The notes beneath the pieces were generated by a model. It saw only the letters and a list, made by a program, of their open reading frames with translations, was not told the origin of the DNA and did no database searches. Shown here one piece after another: positions 35,449-45,386 of a stretch of 64,000 nt of DNA. Position 1 is the stretch's first letter, and each line of letters opens with the position of its first letter. Source of the stretch: an uncultured virus (IMG/VR IMGVR_UViG_3300028603_000033) (lineage: Duplodnaviria > Heunggongvirae > Uroviricota > Caudoviricetes); IMG/VR virus record IMGVR_UViG_3300028603_000033, one strand, 5' to 3'. The position numbers and the translations under genes were made by a program.

Positions 35449-38022
35449 ATGGATTATACAAGCTACAGACATATTCATTATAATTCCCGCAAGCGTGCAT
35501 TTAGATTATGGACCTGGGACAAAAATACGGGGGAAAGGATTATTGTTGATAAACCTTTTAGTCCATATATTTATCTTGAAACAACTAACCCAAAAGATGC
35601 TGATGCCAATAGCATTTATAATACACCTTTAAGAAAGGTAACATTTAATAATAGTTTCGATCGTCACAAGTATGTAAAAGACGGTGGACTAAAACGAATA
35701 TTCTATAATCTTCAAGTTGAACAACAAATTCTGATTGATGAATTTGGTAAACACAATCAGGATAAAGATTTTAGTCAGTTCCCTTTAAAAATATTCACAG
35801 TAGATATTGAAACATATTCTCCCGATGCATTTCCAGAACCAGCAGAAGCAAAAGATCCTATTACTCTAATTACAATTCATGATAGTTTAACAGATCATTA
35901 TCATACTTGGGGAACAAAAAGTTTTTATCCAAATGATGAAGAATCAAATGTAACCTATTATCATTGTAATTCTGAGGTTGATATTCTTAGAAGTTTTATT
36001 AAATTTTGGAGAAAAGATTTTCCTGATATTGTTACTGGATGGAACATTGACGGCTTCGATATACCATATCTAATTAATCGTATAACAAACATATTAGGTG
36101 AAGGTACAGCAGAATCATTATCTCCTGTAGATAAATTACGCAAACGTGAGAATGTAGTTCTTAAATTCGGTAAAGTAGGCGTTAAATGGTCTATTGAAGG
36201 ACTTAGCATTATTGACTATATGGATCTTTATATGACTTTCAGTCGTGGTAAACAAGAAAGTTATAAATTGGACCATATCGGTGAAGTAGAACTAGGCAAA
36301 GGTAAATTAGCTTTCAATGCAACTGGTCTTAGTCAATTACAAGATACAGATTGGGATACTTTTGTTAGATATAACATTCAAGATACCGCTATTGTTTCTG
36401 GACTTGAAAGAAAACTTCAATTCCTAATGTTAGTAAGAATGTTAGCATATTTAGGTATGACTAATTTTGAAGCTGCATTGGGAACAGTTAGTATAGTAAC
36501 AGGAGCCCTTGCACTTCAAGCACTATCAAAAAATATGATCATTCCTACATTTCCTAAGGGTGACGTAGAAGCATATGATGGTGGTTATGTTAAGAATCCT
36601 AATAAGGGATTACATGAAGCAATAGTAAGTTTTGATGCAAACAGTCTATATCCAAATACGATCATTACCTTAAATATTAGTCCTGAAACTAAATTAGGAA
36701 AAATACTTAAAACAGATGATGAACATATAGAATTATTGTTAGCGAATGAAAAAAGATATACTCTTACACATACACAATTTGCAGAATTTGTAAAACAGCA
36801 AGACGTTGCCATTTCTAAAGCAAAGATTTTATTTAGTCAGAAACATAAAGGATTCTGTCCTGAACTAGTAGATATCATTTATGCTGATCGTGTTAAGGAC
36901 AAAAAAGAACAAAAGTCACTTAAACTAAAAAGATCCAAATTAGAAAATGAAGATGAAATTAGAGAGATAACTAAAGATATTGATCATCTTGAAATTATGC
37001 AATATACTAAGAAGATTCTTCTGAACCGTTTATATGGAACGTTTGCTAATAAATATAGTCCCTTTTCAGATGTTGACATTGCATCAAGTATTACTTTAAC
37101 GGGGCAAGCTGTTGTTAAACAGGCCGCGGAAATTGGATTACAATTTGCTAAGGACCATGGTGTCGACGAAGACATTAATATCTATAGTGATACGGATAGT
37201 TGTTATTTTACATTTAAAAATCTATTAAAAGCAAAGGGAATTGATTTAACAGAAAATGGTAAGGTTACAAAACCAGCTTATGGCTTAATAGAAGAATTTG
37301 GTAAGTATCTAAACGAAAATGTTACAATTTGGGCACAAAAAAATCTGAATACAAAGGATAGTCGTTTCGTATTCAAACGGGAATCTATTTGTGATGCAGC
37401 TATTTTCTTTGAAAAGAAGAAACGATATATCTTACACATTTTAGATGACGAAGGTATTGCTTGTAATAAGACAAAATATACTGGTGTCGAAATTGCTTCT
37501 ACATCAACACCGGCTAAGATTAAACCCCTAATTAAAAAGATTGTAAAGACGGTTTTGGAAACTAAGGACTATCATGCAACTCAGAAGGCATATAGAGATG
37601 CATATAATAAATATAAGAAACTTTCTATTCAAGATATTGCTTCACCTAGAGGTATTAAAGGATTAGAAAAATATGCTGCCTTAGCAAACGGACTTAATGT
37701 GGGCAAAGGGACACCAATACATTGTAAAGCTGCAATTTATTACAATAAGTTAATCACCGATTTGGGTATAGATAACAAGTATGAAAAAATTAAGTCTGGT
37801 GACAAAATAAAGTACTTCTATGCGGCAAAAAATAAGTATGGATTATCCTGTATTGGATTCCTTCAAGAGTATCCGCCAGAGTTTGGAATTGACATAGATT
37901 ACGAGATGATGTTTAACAAATCAGTATACAAAGCTGTGGAGCGTTTATATGATGCACTAGGGTGGAGAGTAATTGATTTAAATGAAGAACCAATCAATGA
38001 TTTATTGAGTTTATTGAGTTGA
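35449..38022 (+). CDS. gp43: Family B DNA polymerase
   Basis: DIET (ExoI), GWNIDGFDIPY, YNIQD, SFDANSLYP, KILLNRLYG, YSDTDS, KKRY. Confidence 0.96.
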   Translation: MDYTSYRHIHYNSRKRAFRLWTWDKNTGERIIVDKPFSPYIYLETTNPKDADANSIYNTPLRKVTFNNSFDRHKYVKDGGLKRIFYNLQVEQQILIDEFGKHNQDKDFSQFPLKIFTVDIETYSPDAFPEPAEAKDPITLITIHDSLTDHYHTWGTKSFYPNDEESNVTYYHCNSEVDILRSFIKFWRKDFPDIVTGWNIDGFDIPYLINRITNILGEGTAESLSPVDKLRKRENVVLKFGKVGVKWSIEGLSIIDYMDLYMTFSRGKQESYKLDHIGEVELGKGKLAFNATGLSQLQDTDWDTFVRYNIQDTAIVSGLERKLQFLMLVRMLAYLGMTNFEAALGTVSIVTGALALQALSKNMIIPTFPKGDVEAYDGGYVKNPNKGLHEAIVSFDANSLYPNTIITLNISPETKLGKILKTDDEHIELLLANEKRYTLTHTQFAEFVKQQDVAISKAKILFSQKHKGFCPELVDIIYADRVKDKKEQKSLKLKRSKLENEDEIREITKDIDHLEIMQYTKKILLNRLYGTFANKYSPFSDVDIASSITLTGQAVVKQAAEIGLQFAKDHGVDEDINIYSDTDSCYFTFKNLLKAKGIDLTENGKVTKPAYGLIEEFGKYLNENVTIWAQKNLNTKDSRFVFKRESICDAAIFFEKKKRYILHILDDEGIACNKTKYTGVEIASTSTPAKIKPLIKKIVKTVLETKDYHATQKAYRDAYNKYKKLSIQDIASPRGIKGLEKYAALANGLNVGKGTPIHCKAAIYYNKLITDLGIDNKYEKIKSGDKIKYFYAAKNKYGLSCIGFLQEYPPEFGIDIDYEMMFNKSVYKAVERLYDALGWRVIDLNEEPINDLLSLLS

Positions 38023-38069
38023 TTTTTCAGGGAAATAGAGTAAATTAATATAAGGAGAAATTAGAAATT

Positions 38070-38450
38070 ATGAGCAAAAAGTTAGTAACGTTTTTAGATG
38101 CAGTAGGTCGTACAATTATCGGCGAAGAGGTAGATAGTCCAAAGGGCAAAGAGTATTTGGGAGTCAAAAATCCCGTCATTGTACATATTGTTCCTAATCA
38201 GCAAACTAATCAAATGGCACTACAGTTGTATCCATTATTCTTTAAAGAATTTCAGGCTGACAAAAATGAAGATACTACTTGGAGTTACAATAGATCAACT
38301 ATTGTTGAAAGTGAAGGAATTGTTTTGGATATCAAACTTCAGTCACAATATAATAATATGTTCAGCAATATTATTATGCCTGATTCTACAATTGTTGCAC
38401 CTACCGAAGCAAAACCCAAAGGTAATGTTGTAAAAATGTTTGAGGACTAA
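38070..38450 (+). CDS. Hypothetical protein
   Basis: 126 aa, AAGGAG RBS, between pol and uvsX. Confidence 0.75.
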   Translation: MSKKLVTFLDAVGRTIIGEEVDSPKGKEYLGVKNPVIVHIVPNQQTNQMALQLYPLFFKEFQADKNEDTTWSYNRSTIVESEGIVLDIKLQSQYNNMFSNIIMPDSTIVAPTEAKPKGNVVKMFED

Positions 38451-38451
38451 A

Positions 38452-39549
38452 ATGGCCAAAACAACATCTTATGGTGTAGATATATCCAGTATTTTTAAAG
38501 CATTGGATAAAATGAACCCTGAAGCTTCCATGCTTTCAGAAAATACGTTATCAGTTGTAACGCGTTGGATCGATACTGGTAGTATGGCACTAAATGCCAT
38601 TTGTTCTGGTTCATTATATGACGGCATTCCTGTGGGTAGAATCACAGGACTTGTCGGACCATCTGGTTGTGGTAAAACACTAATCATGATGAAGATTATG
38701 GCTAATGCACAAAGAATGGGAATGATTCCTGTAATATGGGATTCAGAGGCTGCTGCCGATCGTTCTATTGCTGAATCAATGGGATGTAATGCAAGTGAAA
38801 TTAAATATTGTCCAGTAGAAACTATTGAAGAATGTAGAAATCAAATGGTTACCTTTTTGGATAATGTTATTGCGGATCCAAGTCTCCATGGTAAGTTTAT
38901 TATGGGATTAGACAGTTTAGGAAACTTAGCTAGTTCTAAGGAGATTGAAGATGCACGTCAAGGTAAAAATGCAACAGACATGGGATTAAGAGCTAAGGCA
39001 ATTAAGAGCATGATGCGCACCCTTACTTATAAATGTGCTAAGGCAAATGTCACTATGATCTTTTCTAACCATACATATGCAGATCCTGCAGCAATGTATC
39101 CTAGTTTAGTAAAGAATCAATCCGGTGGTTCGGGTCCAGTATATCTAGCAAGTCTATTAATTCAAATGGCAGTTAGAACAGAAAAGGCAGAAAAAGATGA
39201 TGAAGGTCTTTTACCTAATGCAAATAAGGTAAGTGGTGTTACATTATCTTCAATGACGGTTAAAAATCGTTTTGTTCCACCTTTCTTAAAGACTGAATTA
39301 TATTTAAATTTCCTAAATGGATTATCTAAGTATACAGGATTAAAAGATCTAGCTGTTGATTTTGGAGTAATTACACCATCAGGACCAACATATCTAATGG
39401 GTGAAGAAAAAATCGGTTATGCTAAGACATGGGAGCATGATGTAGATTTTTGGGAAAAGAAATGTATTCCGGCACTAGAGAAAGTTTTAAAAGATAAGTT
39501 AAAATATAACAAAGAAGAACAACAAACTTTACCTGAAGCCTCTGAATGA
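38452..39549 (+). CDS. uvsX: RecA-like recombinase UvsX
   Basis: IDTGSMALN, GPSGCGKT, DSE, LDSLGNL, DMGLRA, NHTY, SGG, KNRF; GAGGA RBS favours ATG 38452. Confidence 0.93.
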   Translation: MAKTTSYGVDISSIFKALDKMNPEASMLSENTLSVVTRWIDTGSMALNAICSGSLYDGIPVGRITGLVGPSGCGKTLIMMKIMANAQRMGMIPVIWDSEAAADRSIAESMGCNASEIKYCPVETIEECRNQMVTFLDNVIADPSLHGKFIMGLDSLGNLASSKEIEDARQGKNATDMGLRAKAIKSMMRTLTYKCAKANVTMIFSNHTYADPAAMYPSLVKNQSGGSGPVYLASLLIQMAVRTEKAEKDDEGLLPNANKVSGVTLSSMTVKNRFVPPFLKTELYLNFLNGLSKYTGLKDLAVDFGVITPSGPTYLMGEEKIGYAKTWEHDVDFWEKKCIPALEKVLKDKLKYNKEEQQTLPEASE

Positions 39550-40931
39550 AGAAAAAAGAAAAAACTTCACCAATAGATTGGAAGTTGTTTGAAAGCGTGG
39601 TTGTATATAACTCGCTAGTTAATGAAACCTATTTAGCTAGTATTGTAGATGTGGTACAACCCGCTTTTTTTAATAACTCCGATGTTAAGCTTGTAATGAG
39701 TGTCATTAGCAACTTTTATAAAAAGCACAATAAGACACCCAATACAACCGAAATAAAGTTACAATTGACAGAACTGGAACATAAAGAGGCATTTAAACGA
39801 ATTGTTGCCAGCTTTGCAGAATTAGATAAAACATATCACTATGATGAATTAATAGTGAATACTGAAAGATTCTTCAGAGAAAGAGCGGTGCAACAAGCCG
39901 TAATAGAAACTGCCGATGATTTTTCAAATGATACAGTAGATTCTAATAGAGTATATGAAACTTTTGCAGCAGCATGTAATCTAAGTATTGTAGATAGTTT
40001 AGGATGTGATTATTTTGGTGATATTGATACCCATGTAGATGCTTTACAAAAAACTAATACCTATATATCAACCGGTTTTGATTGGTTAGATAAAATGATA
40101 GGTGGAGGACTAATTGAAACTGGACGAGCACTATATGTTGTAACAGGTGCAACTAACAGTGGTAAAAGTATTGTGCTAGGTAATATTGGTGCAAATATTA
40201 TTCCTCAAGACAAAACTGTGGTTATTATAACTATGGAAATGTCCGAAACTGTTTATGCTAAAAGAATTAGTAGTCAATTATCTAAGATACCATTAGGAAC
40301 TATTGCAGGAAGAACTGATGAATTAAAAGATTTCATTAAAGATTATCGAAATAAAAAGAATTCTAGATTATTCATAAAAGAATATGCACCAAAGGAAATA
40401 ACTGTAAATCATATTAGAGCATATATTCAACAACTGATTAACAAAAAAGGAATTAAACCTGATGTTATTATTGTGGACTATATTAATCTAATTGCACCTA
40501 CAGTTGTAACTGGTAATAGTTATACTGATGTTAAACAAGTTACCGAACAATTAAGAGCATTGAGTTATATATTCGAATGCCCAGTTGTAAGTGCAACACA
40601 GTTAAATCGTTCTGGTTATGACAAAGCCGATCCTGGATTAGAAAGTACCAGTGAGAGTATGGGTCTAGCACATACAGCGGACGTAATGTTTGCAGTATGG
40701 AGCAATGAAACAGATAAGGATTTAGGTATTATTCATTTAGGAATGCAAAAGAATCGATATGGTCCCAATTTTGGAACTAAAGGAATGCGCATAGATTATG
40801 ATACATTATATATGTATCAAACAAACGATGATATAATTAGCAATCAAGATGTAACAGCAGCAGACGATACAATAGAAAATATATTAAGAGATTTAGGAAC
40901 AACAAGTAACCCACTAATAGGAAAGTATTAA
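39546..40931 (+). CDS. gp41: Replicative DnaB-like helicase
   Basis: STGFDWLD, GATNSGKS, TMEMSE, IVDYINL, SATQLNRSG, SESMGL, KNRYG. Confidence 0.93.
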   Translation: MKKKEKTSPIDWKLFESVVVYNSLVNETYLASIVDVVQPAFFNNSDVKLVMSVISNFYKKHNKTPNTTEIKLQLTELEHKEAFKRIVASFAELDKTYHYDELIVNTERFFRERAVQQAVIETADDFSNDTVDSNRVYETFAAACNLSIVDSLGCDYFGDIDTHVDALQKTNTYISTGFDWLDKMIGGGLIETGRALYVVTGATNSGKSIVLGNIGANIIPQDKTVVIITMEMSETVYAKRISSQLSKIPLGTIAGRTDELKDFIKDYRNKKNSRLFIKEYAPKEITVNHIRAYIQQLINKKGIKPDVIIVDYINLIAPTVVTGNSYTDVKQVTEQLRALSYIFECPVVSATQLNRSGYDKADPGLESTSESMGLAHTADVMFAVWSNETDKDLGIIHLGMQKNRYGPNFGTKGMRIDYDTLYMYQTNDDIISNQDVTAADDTIENILRDLGTTSNPLIGKY

Positions 40932-40932
40932 A

Positions 40933-41832
40933 ATGAAAAAATATCATATATTCACAGATTGTGATTTAGACGGCGTTGTCAGTTATTTAGTATTTGTATG
41001 GTTTCATCCAGATGATGAAATAAGCTGCACTACAACAACAGTGACAAACTTTAGAACTGAATATACAAAATTTTTATCAAGATGGAATCCAGATAAATTT
41101 GATAAGATATTCATATTAGATTTAGATGTTGGAGAACATAAAGATCTAATAGACACACCTAAACATTTTATTATTGATCATCACAAAACACATGTAGATA
41201 CTGGTCCTTATCAGCACGCAACAGCAATTGTAAAGGAATATCCATCTGCTTGTAAATTGGCATATAAGGTATTTGAAAAGATTACAGATATTAAACTTTC
41301 CAATAATAGAAAGAAATTAATATTATTGGGTGACGATTATGATAGTTATACACTTCAGTTACCAGATTCAAAGAATCTTAATGTTTTATATTGGAATACC
41401 CAAAACAGATTCAATGTGTTTATAGAAGACTTTTATAATGGATTCAAAGGATTCAATATTAAACAACAGAATCTAATAAAACAACATTTAACTAAAATTG
41501 AACAAATTAAGAGAGATTTAGAAATCTATTCAATTACTAAAGATGTCCAAGGACGTTCTTGTAAGATAATGAGTGCATTTGCCAATACAGCTATTAACGA
41601 TGTGGCGGACTATTTACTTGATGATAAGGGTGCAGATATTGCAATTGTGGTAAATATGAATACGAACCGAGTGAGCTTTAGAAGAAATGTCAAAATACAA
41701 GATATTAGTCTTATTGAATTTGGACAAGAAGTGTGCGGAGATGGAGGCGGGCATGCATATGCAGCAGGTGGCTCTGTCTCTGAAAAGTTCATTGAGTTTA
41801 GTAAAACTTTAACCCCATATGAACATAAATGA
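40933..41832 (+). CDS. DHH/DHHA1 phosphoesterase
   Basis: DCDLDG, ILD, IDHH, GGGHAYAAG. Confidence 0.88.
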   Translation: MKKYHIFTDCDLDGVVSYLVFVWFHPDDEISCTTTTVTNFRTEYTKFLSRWNPDKFDKIFILDLDVGEHKDLIDTPKHFIIDHHKTHVDTGPYQHATAIVKEYPSACKLAYKVFEKITDIKLSNNRKKLILLGDDYDSYTLQLPDSKNLNVLYWNTQNRFNVFIEDFYNGFKGFNIKQQNLIKQHLTKIEQIKRDLEIYSITKDVQGRSCKIMSAFANTAINDVADYLLDDKGADIAIVVNMNTNRVSFRRNVKIQDISLIEFGQEVCGDGGGHAYAAGGSVSEKFIEFSKTLTPYEHK

Positions 41833-42154
41833 AAATGATTATACATTACCTAGTAATGCTTCAATGACATGCAATCAAGATGCCTCACATTATTTAGGAA
41901 ATAAAGAATTGGATGAATGCCTATTACAATTTGGATCATTCTTATCCATTATACAAGTTAAGAAGGTGAATTACACAAATTACTTGTTAATATTAGTAGA
42001 GAATGAACAAATTAGAGAAATATTATTAGAGATGACAGGAATAGATACATTTGAAGAATTGGTTAGAGAGATGATAGTTAGATATCCAATTTTATGTAAA
42101 TCTAAAGTTGTTAGCTCCAGGATTAAAAAATGGAAAAAGACAACGAAACATTAG
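41819..42154 (+). CDS. Hypothetical protein
   Basis: 111-aa ORF overlapping its neighbours in the operon. Confidence 0.65.
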   Translation: MNINENDYTLPSNASMTCNQDASHYLGNKELDECLLQFGSFLSIIQVKKVNYTNYLLILVENEQIREILLEMTGIDTFEELVREMIVRYPILCKSKVVSSRIKKWKKTTKH

Positions 42155-42798
42155 AAGCTATTTATAATACACATTTAGTCGTCTCTAGAAGGTCCAGAAA
42201 CAAACCTTTTAAAGTTCGAAAAGACTTTAATGGATTTGAAGATTCTGATGATTATAATAAATGGGTCATTATGGAAAATTTTTTTAGAAGATTTCCTTCA
42301 ATTAATAAAGAATTATATTTTAAGGCACCATATGAATTATGGAAAGATAAAGAATATTTTGGAGTAGATTTCTTTATAACTCCCGCAGCAACAAGGACCT
42401 ATACAGTTTACAAAAAACAACTCCAAGAACAAGATCCAGATAGTGATGAATCATTACAATATATTAAGGATTCTATCATATCAATAGGTAAATATTGTGA
42501 ACAAAACAAGATCAATTTTGATGAATACATTTTAGAAAAACCAGGTGTGACTTATACCTGGATGAAACAAATAAGACAGGGTCAAATATCACCGTATGTC
42601 ATTTTCGGATTCAAAGGTATTGATGATTTAATCTACAATACACCAGAGGATGAAAGAGATTTATTGATGGGTGACTTTGGAGATAGACTATACAATTATA
42701 AGGAGAAATACAATAGATCGAAATATGCAAAGCAATTAATAATAATCGGATTAAACAGAATAAAAAATAGACAACACGTTGAAAAACAACAATTATAA
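42130..42798 (+). CDS. Hypothetical protein (occupies the position of a gp59-like helicase loader)
   Basis: 222 aa, directly upstream of gp32. The gp59 idea rests on synteny and size only. Confidence 0.55.
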   Translation: MEKDNETLEAIYNTHLVVSRRSRNKPFKVRKDFNGFEDSDDYNKWVIMENFFRRFPSINKELYFKAPYELWKDKEYFGVDFFITPAATRTYTVYKKQLQEQDPDSDESLQYIKDSIISIGKYCEQNKINFDEYILEKPGVTYTWMKQIRQGQISPYVIFGFKGIDDLIYNTPEDERDLLMGDFGDRLYNYKEKYNRSKYAKQLIIIGLNRIKNRQHVEKQQL

Positions 42799-42806
42799 TA
42801 TATAAT
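42779..42806 (+). promoter_or_regulatory. Sigma70-type promoter for gp32
   Basis: TTGAAA-16 nt-TATAAT followed by an A-rich unstructured leader. Confidence 0.65.
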
Positions 42807-42865
42807 TATAACAAATAACAAGATAAAAATAGATAAAACCAAAAGTATAAAGAAAGAAGGAAATT

Positions 42866-43726
42866 ATGAGCGGATATAACAAAAGCATGTTTGAAAGTAT
42901 AAAGAAGACACTACAAGAAAGTAATAATAAAAAGGGTAACTCCAATTTTAAGGATTTCTTGAAGACTACAGCAGGTAACTCTTACCTAGTAAGATTATTG
43001 CCTAATGTAGATAGTCCTGAGAATACATTCTTCCACTATTATCATTATGGTTGGAACAGTGTAAGCACAGGTCAGTATGTAGAGGCTATTTCACCCAAGA
43101 CTTGGGGTGATCCAGATCCTGTTGAAGGTGAGCGTATTAAGCTTTACCGTAATAAGTCGGACAAGAATGCAATTGAACTTGCAAAGAACATTTCAACCAA
43201 AGAAAAGTGGTTGATCAATGTTTTAGTTGTTGATGATCCTGTCAATCCAGAGAATAACGGAACAATTAAGATTCTTCGTTATGGTCCACAGTTAGGCAAG
43301 ATTATTCAGTCAGCAATTGATGGAGAAGACTCAGACGAATATGGAGCAGCTGTATTTGATCTTTCTGAAAATGGTTCCAACTTTAGAATTAAGGTTGAAA
43401 GCACAAAAGAAGGTTCACGTTCATTTGTGAATTATTCAGCAAGTCGATTCCTTCGCCCAAGTGCAATTCCTAATATGACTCCTGCAAAGAGCAAAGAAAT
43501 ATTGGGTAGCTTGCATGACTTGACCTCATTCTTTACACGTAAATCACCAGCAGAACTAAAAGAGATGTTGGCTGTTCACTTGTACGGAAGAGATGATGAG
43601 AAAGCACCGACTCGTGAAGTAGTCGAAGATCAGGTCGAAACACCTACTGAAGCTGCTCCTGAAACAGCAACTACAAAGACAGAAGTTGAAGATGACAAGA
43701 TCAAAGAGTTACTAAAGGGTCTATAA
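42866..43726 (+). CDS. gp32: Single-stranded DNA-binding protein
   Basis: VRLLP, YYHYGW, NVLVVDDPVNPENNGTIKILRYG, FDLSENGSNF, NYSASRF, acidic tail. Confidence 0.88.
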   Translation: MSGYNKSMFESIKKTLQESNNKKGNSNFKDFLKTTAGNSYLVRLLPNVDSPENTFFHYYHYGWNSVSTGQYVEAISPKTWGDPDPVEGERIKLYRNKSDKNAIELAKNISTKEKWLINVLVVDDPVNPENNGTIKILRYGPQLGKIIQSAIDGEDSDEYGAAVFDLSENGSNFRIKVESTKEGSRSFVNYSASRFLRPSAIPNMTPAKSKEILGSLHDLTSFFTRKSPAELKEMLAVHLYGRDDEKAPTREVVEDQVETPTEAAPETATTKTEVEDDKIKELLKGL

Positions 43727-43752
43727 GATAAATAAGAAAGGGAAATAATACC

Positions 43753-44583
43753 ATGCCAGAAGCCAAACAAGCCCACGAGTTGCCAGATGTACAGAACGAT
43801 ACCAATACCTTTGAACAACGAAGGATTAATAAGGTTGGAATCAACAAGGTATTATTACCCTGTAAGGTTGAGAAAAAAGACGGGACATTTAATGACTGTA
43901 TTGCGGATATTTCAGTTTATTCTGATTTAAACAAATATACTAAGGGAGTTAATATGTCCCGTTTTCGTATTATTCTAGAAAAGGTTTTCGTTGGAGAAAA
44001 CGTTAATCTTAGAGAGGCTATACGAACAACACTTACAGAAGTAAAGGATAAGTTAGAAGCAAGCGATGCCTATTTAAAGGTTAATTTTGATTACTTTTTA
44101 ACACGACACGGACCAGTATCTAAAATTCCTAGTTTAATGAACTATCGTTGTACATTAGAAGGAAAATTAGTTGATGGTATCGAACGATATTATATGACGG
44201 TCAAGGTACCATATACCAGTTTATGTCCTTGCAGTAAGAAAATTAGTCAATATAGTGCTCACAATCAACGTAGTACAGGTATTGTTAAAGTAGAACTTAT
44301 TGACGGTCAACTCTGCTGGATTGAAGATTTAATTGATTTGGTTGAAAAGACTGGTGCTGCACCAATTATTAATATTTTAAAGAGACCTGATGAAAAGTGG
44401 CAAACAGAATTAATGTATGAAAATCCTGTCTTTGTAGAAGATATGGCACGCAAAATGGCAGCATTGCTAGATAAAATTCTAGATAAGACAATTAAGGATT
44501 ATGTTTTCATTGCAGAACATCACGAGAGTATTCATTTACACGATGCCGTTAGTGTAATTAATGCAGGAAGAGAAATGAAATAA
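43753..44583 (+). CDS. folE2: GTP cyclohydrolase IB (FolE2)
   Basis: LPDVQ, KGVNMSRF, TSLCPCSK.IS.YSAHNQRS, KRPDEK, NPVFVED, ESIHLHDA. Confidence 0.93.
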   Translation: MPEAKQAHELPDVQNDTNTFEQRRINKVGINKVLLPCKVEKKDGTFNDCIADISVYSDLNKYTKGVNMSRFRIILEKVFVGENVNLREAIRTTLTEVKDKLEASDAYLKVNFDYFLTRHGPVSKIPSLMNYRCTLEGKLVDGIERYYMTVKVPYTSLCPCSKKISQYSAHNQRSTGIVKVELIDGQLCWIEDLIDLVEKTGAAPIINILKRPDEKWQTELMYENPVFVEDMARKMAALLDKILDKTIKDYVFIAEHHESIHLHDAVSVINAGREMK

Positions 44584-45140
44584 TGAGTCAATTTGATGAT
44601 ATAGTAGATAAAAGAGACGATGTTGCGGCGGCATTATTTGCCGCCCAACTCGGCAACGATTTAAAGTTTATTGATAAACAGACAACAAATAAACCTAATA
44701 ATCAACCACCTGCAAATAGGACAAATCCTAATGCATTTTTAAGAGGACCAATGAGTGCTCCTCCTCCACAACAACCGATTATAGATCCATACGAAATGAA
44801 TGAGACAACTATTGCAGCTCGTCCTATTCAAAATCTTATGATACCTATGCCTGAAGATATTCGTAAGGCAATGCCACAACAGGCACCTCGTCCACAACAG
44901 GCACCTCAAGATGATAACCAAATGTTGTTACCTATGACTATTAATGAAAAGGGTAAGCCCCAAAATTCAGCACAATGGTTTGAATATTTAGATAAAAAGA
45001 TAGATGATATGGACGTTCGTTGGACTATCGAAATCCAAAAAGTGGGTAAACTCGTTAGGGATTTGACCCATGTTTTGGAAAAGAGAAAGCTTATTAAAAC
45101 AAAAAGCAAACAAGAACAACAAGGTACTATAAATGTTTAA
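44583..45140 (+). CDS. Hypothetical Pro/Gln-rich protein
   Basis: 185-aa ORF coupled to folE2. Confidence 0.7.
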   Translation: MSQFDDIVDKRDDVAAALFAAQLGNDLKFIDKQTTNKPNNQPPANRTNPNAFLRGPMSAPPPQQPIIDPYEMNETTIAARPIQNLMIPMPEDIRKAMPQQAPRPQQAPQDDNQMLLPMTINEKGKPQNSAQWFEYLDKKIDDMDVRWTIEIQKVGKLVRDLTHVLEKRKLIKTKSKQEQQGTINV

Positions 45141-45363
45141 TGAACAAGCTTTAAACGCGAGTTTAAACGCGTTAAAACTAAAGAATATTAAGCTAGAACA
45201 AGAAATTAAAAAGTTATTGTTTAAAATCAATAATCTAGAAAAGGACATAGTCAAAATCAAGAATGTTGTTATAAATGGCAATAGAGCTAATATACAACGA
45301 ACGAAGAGAATGATGTCTAGTATGTCCAGTCCAGAACAGCCTAGAAAATTCCACACACAATAA
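45133..45363 (+). CDS. Small coiled-coil protein
   Basis: Heptad Leu/Ile pattern; overlaps the upstream gene. Confidence 0.6.
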   Translation: MFNEQALNASLNALKLKNIKLEQEIKKLLFKINNLEKDIVKIKNVVINGNRANIQRTKRMMSSMSSPEQPRKFHTQ

Positions 45364-45386
45364 CAACAACCCCAAACGGTGAAATA

